64,000 bases of DNA from a virus (taxonomy: Duplodnaviria > Caudoviricetes): the IMG/VR virus record IMGVR_UViG_2708742418_000007, positions 1,077 through 65,076 of that record; one strand, given 5' to 3'. Every line of letters starts with the position of its first letter. Within the stretch, counting starts at the first letter, position 1. Both the position numbers and the translations under genes were made by a program. A model generated the notes under the pieces. That model saw only the letters and a list, made by a program, of their open reading frames with translations, ran no database searches and had not been told where the DNA came from. Shown one piece after another: positions 16,877 through 26,832 of this stretch.

Positions 16877-19030
16877 TCAGTTTCTCCCGATCACGCGGCC
16901 GGTATTGGCTGTCACCGGCACGGCGCGATTGTCCGACGACACATTGGTCACCTCGGCCGGCCCGGTCACCCGCACGTCCACGGTGCCGCCAACGGCCACC
17001 TGCTGGGCGGATGCGCCCTGGGCGGGCAGGGCCGTTGCCATGCGCCCGATGGCGGCACCCGCATTGGCGGCATTGCTGTTGGCGGCCGTCGGCGTTGCGC
17101 CGCCTGCCCATGATGGCAGGCCCGGCCAGGTGATCAGACGCGACAGATCGATATTGCCGATGGCGCTGATGATCCGGTCTGGCAGGCCTCGGAAAAACTC
17201 GATAACCGTGTCGAGAGCAGACTTGATCGTATCGACCAACGCACGGCCGATCTTCTCGCCAAGCGCGCGGAACCCTGCCTCCGCCTCGTCGGAATAATCG
17301 TTCATCGTAAAGAGGTCCGACAGGATCGGCCCAATCTGGGCAGGCAGCGAGCGGAAGAACCCAAGCACGGTATCGACCGCGTTGCGCGCACCGGCAGTCA
17401 CGGCGTCGATCGATCCCTGATCGACACCTATCGCGAGAGCAAGATCGATCAGCTTCTGCCCAGCCATCGCGCGGACACTGGCTGCCCACTCGTCAAAGGC
17501 CTTATTGATACTTGCAAGCGCTGGCCCAACGACGGATGCAAATCCCGAGACAATCCCACTGATCGGCTCCCAGTATTTGTGCACGGCGATGCCGACGGCG
17601 GCGACCGCCGCAGCAATGGCAAGCACCGGCGCGGATACTGCTGCCGCTGCGGTGGCGATTGCGCCGAACACTGCGGCAATAGCGCTGGCACCGGCCGTGA
17701 TGGCCGGGATGACAAGGCCCAACACACCGATGGCCCCTGCGAGCAGCACCGCGCCTCCCGCGACGGAGAGCAACGTGCTGCCAAGGCCTCCGGTCTCATC
17801 GTTGAAAGCCCGGAAGGCGTCACGCGCCTTTCCAATTCCCTCGTTCAGCATCGGCAGCCACTCACCGAAGGCCGATCCCAGCTGATCGCGCAGCTGGGCC
17901 ATATGTTCATTGAAAACTTCAAGCTGGCGGTTCAGGCCCTGCATCTGGGTCAGGAAGTCTTTCTCGATCACCGAGCCATCGGCGTTCGCGACTTGATCGC
18001 GGATCCGCTTATATTCCTCCAGATTGCCGAGCATCGGCAGGACAAAGTCCATCACCTGCATGTCGCCGAACAGGCTGCCGAGCTTGCCGGCGCCATAGAT
18101 CTTCTCCAGCTGTTCGCGCACCTGGGCCAAAGCATCCGCGCCTTCCAGGCCGTTGTCCTTCGCTTTCTGCAGCAGCCCTTCGACTTCGGCTCCAGAGACA
18201 CCCGTCAGCTTGCTGATCTTCTGGATGACCGCTTCAATCGGATTGAGCCCTTTCGTAACCGCGTCGCGCATGACGGCTTCGATATCGACGCCCACGTCTG
18301 CAAACTTCTTGATGGTCTCCGGCGCCAGGATCTTGGAAAGGAAATTTTTCATGTTGTTGGCGGCTTCGGCTGGGTCGCTTGTGCCCTTGCGTGCGATCTG
18401 CAATGCCGCGCCCAGGAATGTCACCGCTTCTCGCCCAGTTACACCAAACTTCGCCATCTGGCTGGTCAGCGTCGGGAAATAGCGCGCCATATCCTTCAGC
18501 TCGAAGGCGCCTTCCTTGCCCGCAACGACAAGACCGGCCAGCGCGCTTTCAAGCTGGTCTGCCGGAAGTTTGAGCGTCTGCAGCATGGAGGTGGCAACGC
18601 CTGCCATATCCGCGAATTCGGCATTTGCGGCTGTAGCGGATTTGCCAATAATACCGATCGACTGGTCGACAAGCGCAGGGTCAAGGCCTGCCGCGATCAT
18701 TTGACCGGCGCCGGATGCAACTTTGTCAGAGGATTGCCCCACTGCCAGCGCCAGCGCCTGAAACTGCGCTTTCGCCCTTGTCACATAGTCAAAGGCCGCC
18801 TGCCCAGAGAGGTTCGACGTGCCTGCAATATCGAGCAGCTTCTGCTGAAACGCAGCGGCCTCTTGGATCGGCCCCATGAAGGAAATGGTCGCGATCGCCG
18901 TGCCGACCAGCCCGATCTTGCGGGCCACGCTGGCAATGCCATCGAGCGAGGAGCGCAGCCGGCGCAGCGGCGACGAGAGCAGATCCTTGAGGCGCACGAT
19001 CACATCGAGGGCCATGGAGCGAGCGGACAT
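16877..19030 (-). CDS. Tail tape measure protein
   Basis: 717-aa Ala-rich helical protein, GAFELKDMARYFP core; between chaperone and gpN. Confidence 0.93.
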   Translation of the reverse strand: MSARSMALDVIVRLKDLLSSPLRRLRSSLDGIASVARKIGLVGTAIATISFMGPIQEAAAFQQKLLDIAGTSNLSGQAAFDYVTRAKAQFQALALAVGQSSDKVASGAGQMIAAGLDPALVDQSIGIIGKSATAANAEFADMAGVATSMLQTLKLPADQLESALAGLVVAGKEGAFELKDMARYFPTLTSQMAKFGVTGREAVTFLGAALQIARKGTSDPAEAANNMKNFLSKILAPETIKKFADVGVDIEAVMRDAVTKGLNPIEAVIQKISKLTGVSGAEVEGLLQKAKDNGLEGADALAQVREQLEKIYGAGKLGSLFGDMQVMDFVLPMLGNLEEYKRIRDQVANADGSVIEKDFLTQMQGLNRQLEVFNEHMAQLRDQLGSAFGEWLPMLNEGIGKARDAFRAFNDETGGLGSTLLSVAGGAVLLAGAIGVLGLVIPAITAGASAIAAVFGAIATAAAAVSAPVLAIAAAVAAVGIAVHKYWEPISGIVSGFASVVGPALASINKAFDEWAASVRAMAGQKLIDLALAIGVDQGSIDAVTAGARNAVDTVLGFFRSLPAQIGPILSDLFTMNDYSDEAEAGFRALGEKIGRALVDTIKSALDTVIEFFRGLPDRIISAIGNIDLSRLITWPGLPSWAGGATPTAANSNAANAGAAIGRMATALPAQGASAQQVAVGGTVDVRVTGPAEVTNVSSDNRAVPVTANTGRVIGRN

Positions 19031-19061
19031 TGCGACCCCTTTTACGAAGAATAGGGCGGCA

Positions 19062-19111
19062 AGCTATCGCGCGCGCGCGAAAACGATCATGCCCACCGAA
19101 GTGGGCATGAT
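19062..19111 (-). promoter_or_regulatory. Late promoter with activator box upstream of TMP
   Basis: ATCATGCCCAC-cgaa-GTGGGCATGAT; same (CG)n spacer and ATAGCT as the 13845 promoter. Confidence 0.7.
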
Positions 19112-19115
19112 GCTC

Positions 19116-19280
19116 TCAATCCTGTTTTTTCTGGATTTCGGCCCGGAAGGCCATGACGCAATTCCACCAGTAGAGCGCGTCTCGCGCGGTGAAGGCGTCA
19201 ATCTCGGCGGCCGAGAAGCCGGTGCCCTCGGCGATCCCGCCGATGATCACCGGCCAGTTTTCGGGCCACTCGTCAAAAAA
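19116..19280 (-). CDS. -1 frameshift extension of the tail assembly chaperone
   Basis: T TTT TTG slippery site at 19274-19280; the -1 frame reads FDEWPENWPVIIGGIAEGTGFSAAEIDAF..YWWN. Confidence 0.8.
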   Translation of the reverse strand, partial: FFDEWPENWPVIIGGIAEGTGFSAAEIDAFTARDALYWWNCVMAFRAEIQKKQD

Positions 19281-19708
19281 TGGTTCAGCACCCGCCCCGC
19301 ATCGGTGATGTCGGCGAGATCAAGCTTGTCATAGAGCGCGTTCATGACCGCCTGGTTGATGCGGGTGGATTGCGCGAAGGCGACGACGGCCTGCATCTCG
19401 GGCGATGCCCCACCTATGATACGCTGATCCTTGCCCGACAGGCGGTGGAAGGTCAGGGCATCGAAAACCCTCTCGCGTTCCTGCCCATTCTTCCTGGTAC
19501 GCAGCGTCTTCGGGTAGGCGAGCGGAAGCGTCACCGATCCGTCGTCATTCTCCACTGCGCGTGCCGGCAGCTTGTCGAGCAGCGCGCCGTCCTCGTCGAT
19601 GACGGCTTCGGTGCTGGCATCGTCTTCCGCGATCACCACATCGGCCGCAGCGGTATCGGTCACCGGCGCCAGCGCATCTTCGTCCAGATCGATCTTGAGC
19701 GTTTTCAT
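19247..19708 (-). CDS. Tail assembly chaperone (Mu gp41-like)
   Basis: VTLPLAYP, LTFHRLSGKD, LDLADI; lies between tube and TMP. Confidence 0.85.
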   Translation of the reverse strand: MKTLKIDLDEDALAPVTDTAAADVVIAEDDASTEAVIDEDGALLDKLPARAVENDDGSVTLPLAYPKTLRTRKNGQERERVFDALTFHRLSGKDQRIIGGASPEMQAVVAFAQSTRINQAVMNALYDKLDLADITDAGRVLNHFLTSGPKTGR

Positions 19709-20070
19709 GCCAGGATCTCCTCGGGCGTGCCGCCCATCCACTTCAGCGGGATCTTGCCGCCTTCACCGCCGGTGATCACCGGCCGGTCGCCTTCGAGGAA
19801 GGCATCGTTGATAACGAAGGTCTGCCCCGTGTCGCAGACCACCTGCAGCTCGCCCTCTTCGGCGTCGAAGAGATCCGTGGCGCGCTGGCCGCGCTCCAGA
19901 TTGGTGACGGCGTTGACTTCCGTGCCCTGGTATTCCTGGGCACGCCCGACGCCGCGCCCGTAGGCAACGCCGGTGTTCTTGATGCCGCCGAGGCGGATGG
20001 TGGCACCCTTTTCGACAGGGATCGTCCGGCCGTTCCAGACGATGTCGATGATGCCCAGCACCTGGGTCAT
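19705..20070 (-). CDS. Tail tube protein
   Basis: 121 aa directly after the sheath; CDTGQTF. Confidence 0.88.
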   Translation of the reverse strand: MTQVLGIIDIVWNGRTIPVEKGATIRLGGIKNTGVAYGRGVGRAQEYQGTEVNAVTNLERGQRATDLFDAEEGELQVVCDTGQTFVINDAFLEGDRPVITGGEGGKIPLKWMGGTPEEILA

Positions 20071-20082
20071 GAGGTTTCTCCT

Positions 20083-21576
20083 TTACACCTGGAATTCGAG
20101 CGAGCCGGCCAGCGTCATCAGATTGCCGACGATCATCACCTGCTGCCGGCTTTCCAGCCGGTTGCGATCGTCCGTGGACCGCTGGAAGACGCTTTCCTTG
20201 ACGGTCCGCGACACATCTTCCAGCCAGACCTTCTCGCCGTAGAGCTTGCAGCGGGCGCCCCAGGAGGCATGCATGCGGCCGGGCGTCACGACGGCGGTGC
20301 CGGGATCGGTATCGTCGTCATTGCGGCGCACGAAGGCGGCGACATCGTCGTCATCCACCAGCTTGGAGCGCGGATACATCAGGCTGACATAGGTCGCCCA
20401 GTCGTAGCGGATGCGGCTCATGGTGGCGGGCACCATGATGTCCAGCCAGGCGCGATCGGCAACGCCGAGATTGCTGGTCTTGTAGGTGGTGATCATGCGG
20501 CTGATCACCGTCGTGCCATCGGACAGATGGTCGAAGGTCGAGATGCCGCGATTGAGCAGCAGGTTCTTTTCCTCGTCGGTGAACTGATCAGCCGGCAGTG
20601 GCGCCTCGACATTGGGCACGGTCAGCGAGCGCAGCTGGCGAGCCGGATCGTTGGTCAGGTGGAACGAGGCGATGGCCATCGCCGACGCTGCCATGGTGTA
20701 GGCAGGCGTCGGCGATCGCTTCAGGCCGCCGCAGGTCAGGAAGGGGCAATTGGTGAGATTGCCGAAGGTGGTCAGCTGGCCATAGGTGCCGCCCTTGAAG
20801 ACGAAGCCATGGGCATCGAGCTTTGCGGTGGCGGTGTAGCGACTGGTCAGCCAGGTGGCGAGCAGGGCGACATTGGTCGCATCCGCCCAGGGCGTGACGA
20901 TCTTGGTGATCCAGGTATTGGTCAGCAGATCGAGCACGCCCTGCAGGTTCGGATTTCCGGAACCACCCGCCATCGCGACAACCGTCACCGTCAGGCCGGA
21001 GGGGAGCGGCTGCGCATCGACATCGACGCGCAGGTCAATCTCGTTGCCCACTTCGCCGCCGTGGCGGGCGGTGCAGGTCACGACGCCAGCCGCCGAGGTG
21101 GCCGTCACTTCCATGTCCAGATCGGCATTGATGGCAGCCGCAAGCTTGGTTGCCATGCCCGTCACGTCATCCGTAGAGAGCGCCGAAATGCGTACCTGCC
21201 GGCCGCCGACCTTGAACCGCAGCACGATGGCGGCCCCGACAGAGCCGACAAAGGTCAGCGTGCCGGTTGCCTTGACAGAGCCCGCCGCGTCGGACAGCGG
21301 CGTCACATAAAGGGGCGTGATCTTGTTGGCCTTGCGGAAGGCCTCCACCATCTTGGCGCCGACGGAGCCGCGACCGAACAGGGCTATGCCTTCCTCGGCG
21401 CGCGTCACCTCGTAGATCGTCCCGACGGCCAGCGTGCCGCTCGCCAGCTTCTGGCCGGCGATCAGCGCCTTTTCCGGCCAGGCAAAGACGCCGGCGTTGC
21501 GGTAATTCGGCTTCACCTCCAGAAAGGTGCCGGGCTCCAGCCAGTCATAGGGGATTTCGTCGAAATCCATGGTCAC
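20083..21576 (-). CDS. Tail sheath protein (Mu gpL)
   Basis: LFGRGS, MAGGSGNP, DPARQL, ITTYKT. Confidence 0.95.
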   Translation of the reverse strand: MTMDFDEIPYDWLEPGTFLEVKPNYRNAGVFAWPEKALIAGQKLASGTLAVGTIYEVTRAEEGIALFGRGSVGAKMVEAFRKANKITPLYVTPLSDAAGSVKATGTLTFVGSVGAAIVLRFKVGGRQVRISALSTDDVTGMATKLAAAINADLDMEVTATSAAGVVTCTARHGGEVGNEIDLRVDVDAQPLPSGLTVTVVAMAGGSGNPNLQGVLDLLTNTWITKIVTPWADATNVALLATWLTSRYTATAKLDAHGFVFKGGTYGQLTTFGNLTNCPFLTCGGLKRSPTPAYTMAASAMAIASFHLTNDPARQLRSLTVPNVEAPLPADQFTDEEKNLLLNRGISTFDHLSDGTTVISRMITTYKTSNLGVADRAWLDIMVPATMSRIRYDWATYVSLMYPRSKLVDDDDVAAFVRRNDDDTDPGTAVVTPGRMHASWGARCKLYGEKVWLEDVSRTVKESVFQRSTDDRNRLESRQQVMIVGNLMTLAGSLEFQV

Positions 21577-21806
21577 TTGCCTCCTTTGGGCTTGCTGGCC
21601 GGAGCGCTGGGCTCGGCCGTGTCGGTCTGTTTACCGTCGTCGATCGGGCCGGCCGGATCGGTTGCGGCGACCTCGATCAGGTCGCCATCAATGAGGCGGC
21701 GGCGCACGAACAGGGTGTCGGGCGCGTCCATGCCGTCGATCGGCCACGGCTCGCCCGTCTCCTGGTCAATGGTCCGGCCCTCGGCCGGCTTCAGAAACTT
21801 CGTCAT
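21573..21806 (-). CDS. DUF2635 family protein (Mu gp38-like)
   Basis: LKPAEGR..RRRLIDGDL. Confidence 0.8.
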   Translation of the reverse strand: MTKFLKPAEGRTIDQETGEPWPIDGMDAPDTLFVRRRLIDGDLIEVAATDPAGPIDDGKQTDTAEPSAPASKPKGGK

Positions 21807-22393
21807 GAACTGGTGTCCAGGTTGATGGTGTCGGTGAGAGGGACCGCGTCCGGATCTGGCTGCAGATCCCAGGTGACGCCGAGCGCGGAAAAATCGTCTG
21901 CCGTGACAAGGTTCAGCCGGCCGGGATGGGCTGCGCACTGCACCTCGAAATCCACCTGGGCAATCACCACGGCCTCGTCGCTCCAGCCATCGGCAATCAC
22001 GCTGTTGGCAAGGGTGACGGCGGCCTGTCCGATTTCGGGCAATGTCCACCCGTGGATGAGCGCGATCGCCACATCGGCCATGGCGTCCAGGCCGAGGCCG
22101 CGCGCATCGCCTTTGAAGCGTGTTTGAAAGCCGCTCGAAGCCTTGAAAATCAGGATCAGGCGCCACAGCATCCGGCCGGTCAGCATGCGTCCGGAGGCGG
22201 CGTCGGCGCGAAAGCCGATCCAGGCAAGCCCGATGAAAGGCGATTGCCGCGCCAGGCGCTCGAATTCCTTGATGGTCATCACCTGTGGCACGCGCTCGAT
22301 CGTGAAATCGCGCTCCGGGAAGGCAAGCCGCAGGCGCGCCACCAGATGGGGCTCCATGCGGCGGATATTGGTGTATTGGACGTCGAGCGCCAT
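21803..22393 (-). CDS. Mu gp37-like tail completion protein
   Basis: Position between gp36 and gp38; size. Confidence 0.7.
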   Translation of the reverse strand: MALDVQYTNIRRMEPHLVARLRLAFPERDFTIERVPQVMTIKEFERLARQSPFIGLAWIGFRADAASGRMLTGRMLWRLILIFKASSGFQTRFKGDARGLGLDAMADVAIALIHGWTLPEIGQAAVTLANSVIADGWSDEAVVIAQVDFEVQCAAHPGRLNLVTADDFSALGVTWDLQPDPDAVPLTDTINLDTSS

Positions 22394-22827
22394 CAGAAGC
22401 CCCTCAGCGTCTCAAGCGACATGACGCGCTCGCGATCCGACATGCGCGGCCCGGAGCCGACGGCCGGGCCTGCCGGCAGGGCCGCCGGCACATCGAGATT
22501 GATCAGCTCCCGGGCGATATTTTCCAGCCAGGTGATCGTGGCGGCGCGTGCCTTGCCCATCTCTTCGGACGGCTCGACATGCTCGCCCTGGGCCAGCTCG
22601 TAGCGGGCAAGCACGCAAGCCGCGCGGACGATCTCCGGCGGCGGATTGGCAATCGGCGCAAGGTAGCGACCCCGGATATAGCCGTCGATCACCGCCGAGA
22701 CATCGCTCAGCGCCGTCTCGATCCTGCCGGCATCGACGGTCTCGGCCGTGCGATCCTCGGGCTGGGAGAGCCGGATCATCTGGGTCTCGCCGAAGCGGGC
22801 AATCATGTCGGAAACGGTGGCGTACAT
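22393..22827 (-). CDS. Mu gp36 (DUF1320) head-tail connector
   Basis: MYATVSDMIARFG, IDGYIRGRY, ARYEL. Confidence 0.9.
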   Translation of the reverse strand: MYATVSDMIARFGETQMIRLSQPEDRTAETVDAGRIETALSDVSAVIDGYIRGRYLAPIANPPPEIVRAACVLARYELAQGEHVEPSEEMGKARAATITWLENIARELINLDVPAALPAGPAVGSGPRMSDRERVMSLETLRGF

Positions 22828-22897
22828 TGCAGGGGTCTCGGTTGGAAATGGGCTGGCCTCTCGGCCAGCCCTGGCCTTTCAGATCAGTGACAGGCGG

Positions 22898-23224
22898 TTA
22901 GCATCGCCATCGCACGTCGAGAAAATTGCGGCCGGCGGTCCGGTAGCTTTCGACATAGTCCGGCTTCAGGAGACGGGGTACGGCGATAGTGACCAGCGCC
23001 GGGATCGTGCCGCGAGCAACATCGTGCCTGGTCTCTGCGGGGATGACCACATGATCCAGGAGGTCGATCGCATGGACGATGTCGATCGGGGTCATGCTGA
23101 TGACCGTGACATGCTCGTCGTGCGACAGCAGGTCTGCGGAGGCCGGTACACTCAGCAGCACGGCGCATGCCAGGAATGCCAGACTGCCGAGCGTCGCCAT
23201 TCGCAAGTTGATGTAGAGGCGCAT
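22898..23224 (-). CDS. Hypothetical protein with signal-peptide-like N-terminus
   Basis: RBS and hydrophobic N-terminus. Confidence 0.5.
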   Translation of the reverse strand: MRLYINLRMATLGSLAFLACAVLLSVPASADLLSHDEHVTVISMTPIDIVHAIDLLDHVVIPAETRHDVARGTIPALVTIAVPRLLKPDYVESYRTAGRNFLDVRWRC

Positions 23225-23364
23225 CTTTTGCCTTTCGGTTGCGGTTTCAGGTTTGCCGCTGTTCCCGGTGGCCCCGTTCGGGCTTCTGATCCACCAGAGG
23301 GCTTCGGAAGGTTCGGGCAGTGTGCTGAACAGCCCTCCGCTTCCTCGCGGCGCTCCCGCCAGGA

Positions 23365-23733
23365 TTACTTCTTGGCCGAGGCCTTTTCGGCCGCCTGCAG
23401 CTTGGCCTGCAGATCATCCAGCTGCGACTGCAGCGCGGCGATCTTTTCGGCGGCGGCCTCTGTGACCGCATGGGCGAAGGTCGCCTGCAGCTCCTCGGCC
23501 TTCGCGATCATGCGGGCATCGACCTCGGCCGCCACGCGCGCCTCAAAGTCCGCGTCCGTCACGGTGCTTTCGCCTTCCGGCACCTCGCGCACCTGGAAGT
23601 TCTGGTCGGCGCGGAAGGCGGCAAGCTGCTCGTCGCTCCAGTGGCCGGCATCGTAGAAGGCGCTGGCCGGATGCCGCACGCCATTGCGCCGCATGCCGGG
23701 AGAGGTGCAGATGATCTGGATTTTTGCGGTCAT
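23365..23733 (-). CDS. HI1506-related (Mu gp35-like) protein
   Basis: GMRRNGVRH..SDEQLAAFRAD; follows gpT. Confidence 0.8.
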   Translation of the reverse strand: MTAKIQIICTSPGMRRNGVRHPASAFYDAGHWSDEQLAAFRADQNFQVREVPEGESTVTDADFEARVAAEVDARMIAKAEELQATFAHAVTEAAAEKIAALQSQLDDLQAKLQAAEKASAKK

Positions 23734-23863
23734 GATCGGTCCTTTCGGGGTTCGGGAAAGCGCCTGGTGGCGTTTTCCGGAAACCCGCCGCCAGCCACGA
23801 GGAAAGGCTGGCGGCGGCTGGAGCGGTTGCGGACCCGCTCCCTCCGGAGGTCAGGCCCAAGGG

Positions 23864-24757
23864 TCAGGCGAGGTACGGAACCTTCACCACCTGCACCATG
23901 CGAGCCATCACGTTGGTCTCGCCACCATTGGTCAGTTCCGCCTCGACCAGCTTGCGGGCGGTGATTTCGAGCGACGGCGGCACCAGCAGCTTCTTGGCAG
24001 AGATATTGAGCACCTCGCCGGAGCGGCGGCGTAGCGTGCTCATGGCCGTCAGGGCAGCCGACAGGTTCGCCTCGTTGAGCGTTGCCTTGGACTTGTAGGC
24101 CGTCTGCCAGAGACCCAAACCCGCGTTGGAGCGGCCATCGACGCCCCAGATGAACTTGCCCTGGTAGAAGACATTCGGATCGTCGGGGCTCTGCAGCGGC
24201 GTCAGGGTGAAGGGCCGGCGCGTCTGGTAGACCAGCGGCTTCATCGCCTGCGCGTCATCGACCAGATACCAGGCCGGGCCGGCGCCATCGGTGAAGTTGG
24301 CGACCGAGATCAGGTTGCCCTGTTCGTTGTAGCCCGGATGGTCCGTATCGAAGAAATACTGGCCGTCATAGCATTTCAGCGTCTCGCCGGTCTTGAACAG
24401 CGGCCAGCAGAGCAGGTCCGGGAACTCCGCCGCATCCTGTCCCATCTGTCCGGCGACCGGGGTAAAGATGCCGAGCTGGTCATCCTCGATCTGGTCACGC
24501 TTGATGGAGATCGTCTTTTCGAAGGTGCGGTTGCGGATGACATAGGTCTGTGCGCCAAGATCATGGACGACGCGATCGCCCAGCCATTCGCGGAACCCCG
24601 GCAGATCGTCGAGGCGAGGATATTCGTTCATGGCCGTGGTCGAGGGCACCGTCATGGCGACGATGCCATAAAGCGGCGAGATCGACGCAAAGCGCTGGTT
24701 AAAAGAGGTCGAAAGCCCGGTGTAGATGGCGCGCAGCGTGCTGCTATTGATATCCAT
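23864..24757 (-). CDS. Major head subunit gpT
   Basis: FREWLGDR, CYDGQYFFDTDHP, WGVDGRSNAGLGLWQ. Confidence 0.95.
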   Translation of the reverse strand: MDINSSTLRAIYTGLSTSFNQRFASISPLYGIVAMTVPSTTAMNEYPRLDDLPGFREWLGDRVVHDLGAQTYVIRNRTFEKTISIKRDQIEDDQLGIFTPVAGQMGQDAAEFPDLLCWPLFKTGETLKCYDGQYFFDTDHPGYNEQGNLISVANFTDGAGPAWYLVDDAQAMKPLVYQTRRPFTLTPLQSPDDPNVFYQGKFIWGVDGRSNAGLGLWQTAYKSKATLNEANLSAALTAMSTLRRRSGEVLNISAKKLLVPPSLEITARKLVEAELTNGGETNVMARMVQVVKVPYLA

Positions 24758-24766
24758 GTGACGTCC

Positions 24767-25162
24767 TCAGATGGTTTTCAGCCAGACGCCGTCGGCGTCG
24801 ATGGCGTCGATGGTGCCGAGCGCCAGCAGGGAGCCGGCCGTGAGCGTGAAGGTGTCGTCGGCCGAGGCATAGACCGTCGCGCCAATGTTGGAGACGGCCG
24901 CACCGGACAGCGGGATCAACCGCACATCCTTTTCGATCGTCACATAGAGATCGCCCGTTGCGCCGGCCGAATTGTCGGCGCGCTCCTCGGCAAAACCGAG
25001 CAGCTTGACGGCCGAGGCGTGCCCCGCCGGCACGGCTTCCTTGTTGGCGGTGATCCCGACGGCAGTGCCGCCATAGATCTTCTGCCCGCCCAGCACCGGA
25101 TAGCTGTAACGGCGACCAAGGCCGGGCTTCCGCTTTGACCGGATATCGTCACTTGCCGCCAT
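24767..25162 (-). CDS. Capsid cement/decoration protein
   Basis: IGATVYASADDT, GVWL; between I and T. Confidence 0.75.
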   Translation of the reverse strand: MAASDDIRSKRKPGLGRRYSYPVLGGQKIYGGTAVGITANKEAVPAGHASAVKLLGFAEERADNSAGATGDLYVTIEKDVRLIPLSGAAVSNIGATVYASADDTFTLTAGSLLALGTIDAIDADGVWLKTI

Positions 25163-25163
25163 G

Positions 25164-26201
25164 TCAGAGATCCTTCCCGTGCAGTGCCTTCGACCGGTCG
25201 GCAAAGGTCTTTTCGTCGACGCCCATCATCGCGGCGACCTTGCGGTCTTCCTCGGTCAGCGACGGCGCGCCATTCTCCGGCGGCTGCCGACCGCCGAGGC
25301 CGCCGGCATTCAGCGACGGCATCAGCTTGATCTCGGCCTCGACCTCTTCGGGCGCCCGCATGTGGCGGCTGATCATGTGATCGCGCAGCGCCGGCACGAT
25401 CTTGCCGGCCTTGATCGCGGCTTCGACCGTCGTAACGGCCTTATCCTTCGCCGTCTGGTTCACCAGCGTGGTGAGCTGCGACTGCAGCGCCGTCACGGTC
25501 GCCTGCAGCTGGGCATTCTCCGCCTCGGTCGGCGACGCCTTGCCGCGCGACTGCAGCGCGGTGACGAGCGCATCGCCCGTCACGTCTGCGGCAAGACCAG
25601 CCGCAGCCCGCACGCGGCCCATCAAGGCCGTCTGCGCCTGGTGTTCGGCATGGGTGGTCGAGACAGCATGGAGGATTTCGGCCTCGGTCGCGGTCTCGGG
25701 AAGGCCAAGCGCCTTCCGGAGCTGTTCGAGCATGTCGCTCTCCCTTTGATGATGAAGTGAAGTGAGAAATTCGAGGTTGGGACTATTGGTCAGCGCGACG
25801 CGCAAAACCTTGGCGATCCGGTACGGCTTTGAAGTGGAATGCTGAAAGACCGGCGAGAGGTAGCCATAGGCCTTGCCCTGCACGAGGGCCGCACCCTCGT
25901 CGGTCCACTCGACACGTCCCCACAGACCGTCTTCACGTGCTTGCAGTTCCACGATCCAGCCGCGCGCCGGGGACGGGAGGCCGGCCTTGCCGGCAAGGTC
26001 GATCGAGTGGTTCTCATCGACAGCAAGCTTGCGGCCATCCGCGGCGAAGGCGCTGATCAGCGCATTCATGTCCGGCGCCGCATAAGGCCCGCGACCGTCA
26101 ACACCGGAAAATTCCGTGGCCGGCAGAAGGTGCAGCCAGTCCGGCAGGGTGCCGGCGGCGGATTGCAAGGCGATGATCAGGGCGGCGATGTTCTTTGGCA
26201 T
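25164..26201 (-). CDS. Mu gpI protease with C-terminal scaffold (Z)
   Basis: VDENH, PARGWI, VEWT, YLSPVF, ALTNSP; internal RBS and ATG at 25733. Confidence 0.92.
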   Translation of the reverse strand: MPKNIAALIIALQSAAGTLPDWLHLLPATEFSGVDGRGPYAAPDMNALISAFAADGRKLAVDENHSIDLAGKAGLPSPARGWIVELQAREDGLWGRVEWTDEGAALVQGKAYGYLSPVFQHSTSKPYRIAKVLRVALTNSPNLEFLTSLHHQRESDMLEQLRKALGLPETATEAEILHAVSTTHAEHQAQTALMGRVRAAAGLAADVTGDALVTALQSRGKASPTEAENAQLQATVTALQSQLTTLVNQTAKDKAVTTVEAAIKAGKIVPALRDHMISRHMRAPEEVEAEIKLMPSLNAGGLGGRQPPENGAPSLTEEDRKVAAMMGVDEKTFADRSKALHGKDL

Positions 26202-26208
26202 GGCCGAA

Positions 26209-26256
26209 AACTGCCATGCACGAGACAATCGTATCATGCCCACCACGGTGGGCGGC
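26209..26256 (-). promoter_or_regulatory. Late promoter (Mu PI equivalent) with activator box
   Basis: CATGCCC-accacggt-GGGCGGC at 26235-26256. Confidence 0.6.
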
Positions 26257-26282
26257 AAATCAGGGCAGGGGTAACGAGGGGA

Positions 26283-26795
26283 TCAGGGGCGGTTCGGCGT
26301 ATAACGCTCGACGAAGGAAAAGACGATCTCGGCGATCGATGTCTCGTCGTCGGCAGATATACCGAGGAAGGGACGGGCCGGCAAGGTGACGCTGTCGGCG
26401 ATCACCGGCGAGCCGTTAATCTTGAAAAACAGGTGGCTGGCGGAGACCGGCTTGATCTCCGCGCCGAGCTGGTGCGGGCGGGCATAGATGACATTGGTGC
26501 CGACCACGACGACATCCTGTCCTGCCTGGGCATTGATGCTGTCACGCAGACGCCCGCTTTCGGTGAGGATGCGGCTGTTGCGCTTGCCCTTGGCATATTC
26601 GGTGTTGAGGGCGTGCCAGGCATTGCCCTGCGGATCGGTCTGGGTCACGAACCGCATATGCGTCGAGGCGACAAGCTCATTGCCGATCGCGGCCATGATC
26701 GGCCGCGTATTGCCGAACATCCGGACAGTCAGCGCGCGGAACGCGTCCTGGACGGCGCGGTCTTCGATCGTGACGCTGATGGAAACGCCGCTCAT
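26283..26795 (-). CDS. Virion morphogenesis protein gpG
   Basis: LTESGRLRDSI, VGTNVIYARPHQLG, LPARPFLGIS. Confidence 0.92.
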   Translation of the reverse strand: MSGVSISVTIEDRAVQDAFRALTVRMFGNTRPIMAAIGNELVASTHMRFVTQTDPQGNAWHALNTEYAKGKRNSRILTESGRLRDSINAQAGQDVVVVGTNVIYARPHQLGAEIKPVSASHLFFKINGSPVIADSVTLPARPFLGISADDETSIAEIVFSFVERYTPNRP

Positions 26796-26797
26796 GT

Positions 26798-26826
26798 TTG
26801 CCTTTCACCGTGTTCGGGCTTATACT
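26798..26826 (+). promoter_or_regulatory. Sigma70-type promoter antisense to the late operon
   Basis: TTGCCT-N17-TATACT, predicting +1 near 26833. Confidence 0.65.
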
Positions 26827-26832
26827 CTTGAC

